From Rhizodiscina lignyota (taxonomy: Eukaryota), in assembly GCA_010015805.1 (NCBI GenBank), contig ML978123.1, positions 1,364,001 to 1,428,000 on the forward strand: DNA of 64,000 bases. The letters are read 5' to 3'. Below are positions 59,422 through 64,000 of the stretch, one piece after another. Each line of letters opens with the position of its first letter. Within the stretch, counting starts at the first letter, position 1. The notes under the pieces are model-generated. The model saw only the letters and a program-made list of their open reading frames with translations. It was not told where the DNA came from and searched no databases. Both the position numbers and the translations under genes were made by a program.

Positions 59422-59700
59422 TTATTTCGATGTCGGCCGTGTGTGCAGCACTGACAAATATGATGGTGGTTTTGTCGCTGACGGCTCGGCTCCGGAACCG
59501 GACTTCGCGGATTCAGGGATTGGTCTTGTATGAAGTTTGTCGAACATCGACGGCGTCGGTCTTGTGTGGAGTTTGTCGAACAGCGATGGCATCGGTCTTG
59601 TGTGGAGTTTGTCGAACATCGACGGCATCGGTCTTGTATGCAGGCTGTCGAAGATTGAAGACATTTGTCGCGAGGGTAGAGAGTCGAAAGTTGATGGCAT
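59422..59700 (-). CDS. 92-aa microprotein made of 12-aa tandem repeats (xPSxFDxLHTRP)
   Basis: CACAATG start context, CA-rich leader and CT-rich upstream tract; synonymous variation among repeats. Confidence 0.6.
   Translation of the reverse strand: MPSTFDSLPSRQMSSIFDSLHTRPMPSMFDKLHTRPMPSLFDKLHTRPTPSMFDKLHTRPIPESAKSGSGAEPSATKPPSYLSVLHTRPTSK
59521..59700. repeat. 36-bp minisatellite, five copies
   Basis: Units 59521-59556, 59557-59592, 59593-59628, 59629-59664 and 59665-59700; core GGTCTTGTGTGGAGTTTGTCGAACA. Confidence 0.9.
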
Positions 59701-59981
59701 TGTGATAGTTGATGATGTTGATGAAAGTTGATGGTGTTTGTATATGATGGTTCAACAATGTTTGCATCTGGTGAAGACAGAAAGAGGAAGAGAAGGTGGA
59801 GATGAGGAGGTAAATGTACCTGATATTTGGCGCTAGGCGTTAAAAATTCGCCGTTGGGACGGAGGTAAACCATGAAGTCACCGTTTAAACATTGCCCAAT
59901 CTCACTCACGCGATTTCGACCACAGCAAACCGGATAAGGTGGATTTCTTCGTTGTTGACTACTAATTAATAAATAGGGTCT

Positions 59982-61822
59982 TTACACGAGCACGTAAAGT
60001 GCACACATCTATTTTATGACTGTAAGCAGCGTGCGGATTCGAGGGAGTGGGTGGACAAACCATTGATAGACCCAGGATCATTGAACACCAGAATAGAATG
60101 TTCTGCAAACCCCAATGTCAGTATGAGCCTCAGAAATAATGGAGCCTGTCCCGGATCTTACATTGAGGAGTGTTCTTCCCTTAACCCAACGGCTCCGCTG
60201 TATCATGACAATCGGCATCTGAAGCATCATTGCAAAGAACCCATAGCCTCGCAACTTCTTAGTAATGCAACCCATGACCAATTCGTGCGCCAGTGCCGAT
60301 ATAAAGAAGGTGATGACAGTTGCGACGGGTCGAGACATTTTCCCACGCGAAGCGGAGTACACATGACGGCGGAAGAAGTTATGTACTGGAATGTTCCACT
60401 CCCGCGAGAATTCGAGCCAGTCACAACTATTCCACCAGTCGGCGTAGAACTGGCGGTCAGCAAAATGGGTGATCTCCGCAAAGGCCCCGCATATGTACTC
60501 GAAAATGACCAGGAAGACGAGTAAGAAAGATACCATGAACGGGAAGAGCAGTCGGCTGATTGTCTCAGCAAGAATCAAGGCGCCTTCGACGATACTATCG
60601 ACATCCTGCATTTGATGAGATGATTCTCGAAGAACGGGAATGATAAACTCCTCGCTGGTGACCGTGAGTAGGAAGATACACCCGAAAACAGCCAGGCTCT
60701 TGTAGAAGAGTTCTCCCCAATCCGTGCCGCTAGTGCGTGGATATTCGAGCTCGTAGCATAATGTTGGGCAGAACAAGAAGTCAACGAAATTCCGAATGGT
60801 CAAATTATTCGGATACGTAACCTGACCAAGAGGAGAAGTTAGCTCGAACGCAAGCGCTTCGCGGAGATCGTTAAGTTCAGTGTCGTCCGATCCAGGTTTA
60901 TCCTCATGGTCGTTATCCTGTAATCGACTACGCGGATTTGGATACCTGACAGGCGCGGCCTTAGAAGCGGTCTCAGGTTTATCCAACGCGTTCAGTCTCC
61001 GTCGCGTCTCCGAAAGATGGCCATTATAGAATGCATACGAATGCATTTTCATGAATAAAGACAGAATGTGGAGCGTGAAGAATACTTGAGCGGTCCATGT
61101 CCAGGTTCGGATGAAAGGCCACCTGTATGAAATCAGAAATACTCTTCTCCTGGCTTTCTCGTTCAACTTACCCAATCCAGTATAGCAGCCATGCTGCTTG
61201 ATAAAGACTTTGGATCGGCATTCCCATTCTACTCCAGCGCAATATGCCATTGCTGTTTGCAAACACCAGATGCAATGGAAGCGCGACCACAGTGCTGCCA
61301 GCCATGAGGAGGTCGCTGAGCGCAAGCTCCCACAAGTTCTCGGTAAACAAATGCCATTGACGAATTATCAGAAATGATCCGCTCTCTCTGAAGTTGCGAA
61401 GCATCGCGGTAATAACCATAATCGCTAGGCCAATCCAGAATAGAACGAAAAATCCTCGGAAATCGTGATGCTCGCTGTTAGGATCAAAATGCGAGACGCG
61501 GGCTGTATACTCTATCGTGGGAAAGAGACGGTGTTTTTGCTGAGCACGAATCTGGCGCCTTGCAGAAGAGGTCGCCTTTACCGAAGGCGGCGCATCCGCA
61601 GGAATTGGTGTATTGCGCCCACTGCATGTCGTTAATACCTTATCTGTGTTTTGAGGTACCTTAGACTTTCCTTGAAACGCCAGTTTCTGGTGTCTTAGAT
61701 GCGCCATTGGGAAATGATAGCTGGTCCTCACTAAGAGTTCTAAGTAGCTGCGAACTTTGAGGCTTTCGTGCTCTAGGCGCCAAATACTCTGGCTGGGGAT
61801 CTGTTGCACTCGACGTCGACAT
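59982..61822 (-). CDS. ARE2: Sterol O-acyltransferase (MBOAT, Are1/Are2 type), 4 introns
   Basis: RVSHFDP..DFRGFFVLFW, MKMHSYAFYN, FADRQFYADWWN, EFSREWNIPVH, SALAHE; C-terminus MCALYVLV. First intron probably GA-AG. Confidence 0.9.
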
Positions 61823-62283
61823 CCTTGATACCGAAGGTGATGTAACTTTTAGATTCAATGCTAAGGAGGTTGTGCAATGAATGACGTAGTCCACTGTCCC
61901 AGACGGGCTTTGAAACTAGTTTCACATTATATCTGGTACGACCGCTGTTCTCTCCAGGTCGAGAAGGGGTTGATAAATATCTGAGGAAGGCTATTTCGAG
62001 GTATAAAAGGATTTGCCTCATGTTCGATCGACGCTACGCTAGTCTAAAAAAAGAAGTGGCGGTGCTGTTGTGGCTTGATCTCACCCGCAGATTAAGTCTC
62101 GGGCGGTGGAATTATTTTCCGCGGTGATCTTCTCGATGCTGAAGCCGACTTTCATGGTGGTGAAAGAACATGGGAAGGAGATTGGCTTCTTTACCATGAG
62201 ACCATACAGAGTCCTTTTTCTCTGTTACTGCCTTCCTTGAACTATTTCCGAAGTCGTGCTTGGGGTCCTTTGAGACCGCCAAC

Positions 62284-64000
62284 ATGACGAGCCGTAAGCA
62301 GCAGCGCCTTTGACAGCTTTCTCTCATGAGCGACCCACTAACTTTTACTTGGGATGCAGTCAAGCAATTCATTCGCAATGTGCGCGCGGCAAAAACGATT
62401 GCGGATGAGAGAGCAGTCGTTCAGAAAGAGAGCGCTGCCATTCGAGCGAGCTTCAGGGAGGAGAGTCATGATTCAGGTGTCAGGTACGCCATTTTCTCAA
62501 ATCACTGGCAGAGCAGCTACTGATTTTCTGGCAGGCGAAACAATGTCGCGAAGCTGCTTTACCTCTTCACACTCGGCGAACGTACACATTTTGGCCAGAT
62601 AGAATGTTTGAAGCTGCTTGCCTCACCGCGCTTCGCGGATAAGCGGTTAGGATATTTGGGGACTATGCTACTGCTGGATGAGAACCAGGAAGTGCTGACA
62701 CTTGTCACAAACTCCTTGAAAAAGTAAGTGGACTTCTTCGTACGCTGAGGATACGTAGCCTGATGATATGGCCTTGAACAGTGACCTCAACCATTCAAAT
62801 CAATACATCGTCGGTCTCGCCCTCGTCACCCTCGGTAACATTGCTTCGGTCGAAATGTCCCGCGACCTATTCCCCGAAGTTGAGACAATCTTATCTTCCT
62901 CCAACCCATACGTGAGACGAAAGGCTGCCTTATGCGCTATGCGCATTTGTCGCAAGGTCCCTGACCTCCAAGAGCATTTCCTCGAGAAGGCAAAACTCCT
63001 TGTTGCAGACAGGAATCATGGCGTCTTACTTTGTGGCCTGACACTTGTGGGAAGCATGTGTGAAGCGGATGATGCCGAGGGCGGCGAAATGGGAACTGTC
63101 GAAGTGTTTCGACCACTGGTCCCAGCTCTCGTAAAGACTCTGAAGAGTTTGTCAAGCTCGGGCTATGCGCCAGAGCATGACGTTACTGGAATCACAGATC
63201 CATTTTTGCAAGTCAAGATTCTGAGACTCTTGCGAGTCCTGGGACGAGGGGACCAAGAAACAAGCGAACAGATCAACGACATCCTAGCACAAGTCGCCAC
63301 GAATACAGACTCCTCTAAAAATGTCGGCAACTCTATTCTTTACGAGTCCGTTCTTACAATTCTCGACATTGAAGCAGACTCCGGCTTACGGGTTCTTGGT
63401 GTAAACATCCTTGGAAAATTTCTTTCGAACCGCGACAACAACATTCGATATGTCGCTCTCAATACACTCATAAAGGTCGTCGCAATCGAGCCTAATGCCG
63501 TGCAGAGGCATAGAAATACCATTCTGGACTGTCTCAGGGATCCTGACATTAGCATTAGGCGGAGGGCGCTGGATTTGAGTTTCACCCTTATCAATGAAAG
63601 TAATGTCAGGGTTCTCATTAGAGAGTTGCTTGCATTCCTCGAGGTTGCAGACAACGAATTCAAACCGACCATGACGAGTCAAATCGGGATTGCGGCTGAT
63701 CGATTTGCGCCAAACAAGCGGTGGCATGTTGACACAATGCTCAGAGTCCTCAAATTGGTATATACAGTGGCTGCCTAAACAGTTTTTCAGGATGGCTTAC
63801 ATTTTTCAGGCCGGTAATTATGTCAAGGAACAAATCTTGTCATCCTTCGTTCGCCTTATCGCTACTACCCCTGATCTACAGACATACTGCGTGCAGAAAT
63901 TGTACGCCAACCTCAAAGACGACATTACTCAAGAGGGCCTCACGCTTGCTGGCACATGGGTGATAGGGGAATTCGGCGATTCTCTTTTGCGTGGAGGAAG
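62284..64000 (+). CDS. APL4: AP-1 complex gamma adaptin, 5' part (runs off the window), several introns
   Basis: [32 protein letters not shown]...[12 protein letters not shown]...[18 protein letters not shown]...[26 protein letters not shown]. Confidence 0.95.

Noticed and set aside
59521..59700. 36-bp repeats as a CRISPR array
   Set aside because: Head-to-tail repeats without unique spacers, in a eukaryotic genome with no cas genes.

Overview
This is eukaryotic DNA from a filamentous ascomycete (Pezizomycotina, probably Dothideomycete-like; inferred from short GT-AG introns with CTRAC branch sites and from gene content). It is gene-dense, with about 27 protein-coding genes. Conserved housekeeping genes are the STU1 3' end, a LIM/RhoGAP, an F-box/WD40 protein, RPS3, myotubularin YMR1, an LMBR1-type protein, glutaredoxin, the MKK1-type MAPKK, DBP8, a sterol O-acyltransferase and AP-1 gamma adaptin. 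Interspersed accessory genes encode a secreted Cu-only SOD, a six-cysteine CFEM-like peptide, a His-rich DUF4396 protein, a triple-PAN membrane protein, a class II aldolase/SDR pair, a repeat-rich GPI wall protein, an OTT_1508-type deaminase with two orphan membrane proteins, a triple H-type lectin and a ferric reductase. The most notable hidden features are: a 92-aa tandem-repeat microprotein (xPSxFDxLHTRP) that shows protein-level selection; a degenerate dispersed 28S rDNA fragment beside it; a probable GA-AG intron in the sterol acyltransferase; a probable CUG-initiated mitochondrial glutaredoxin isoform; and a GGCT gene broken by one in-frame TAA. I found no intact transposon, tRNA or CRISPR. 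All family calls come from motif recognition by eye, not database searches, and exon boundaries were reconstructed manually.
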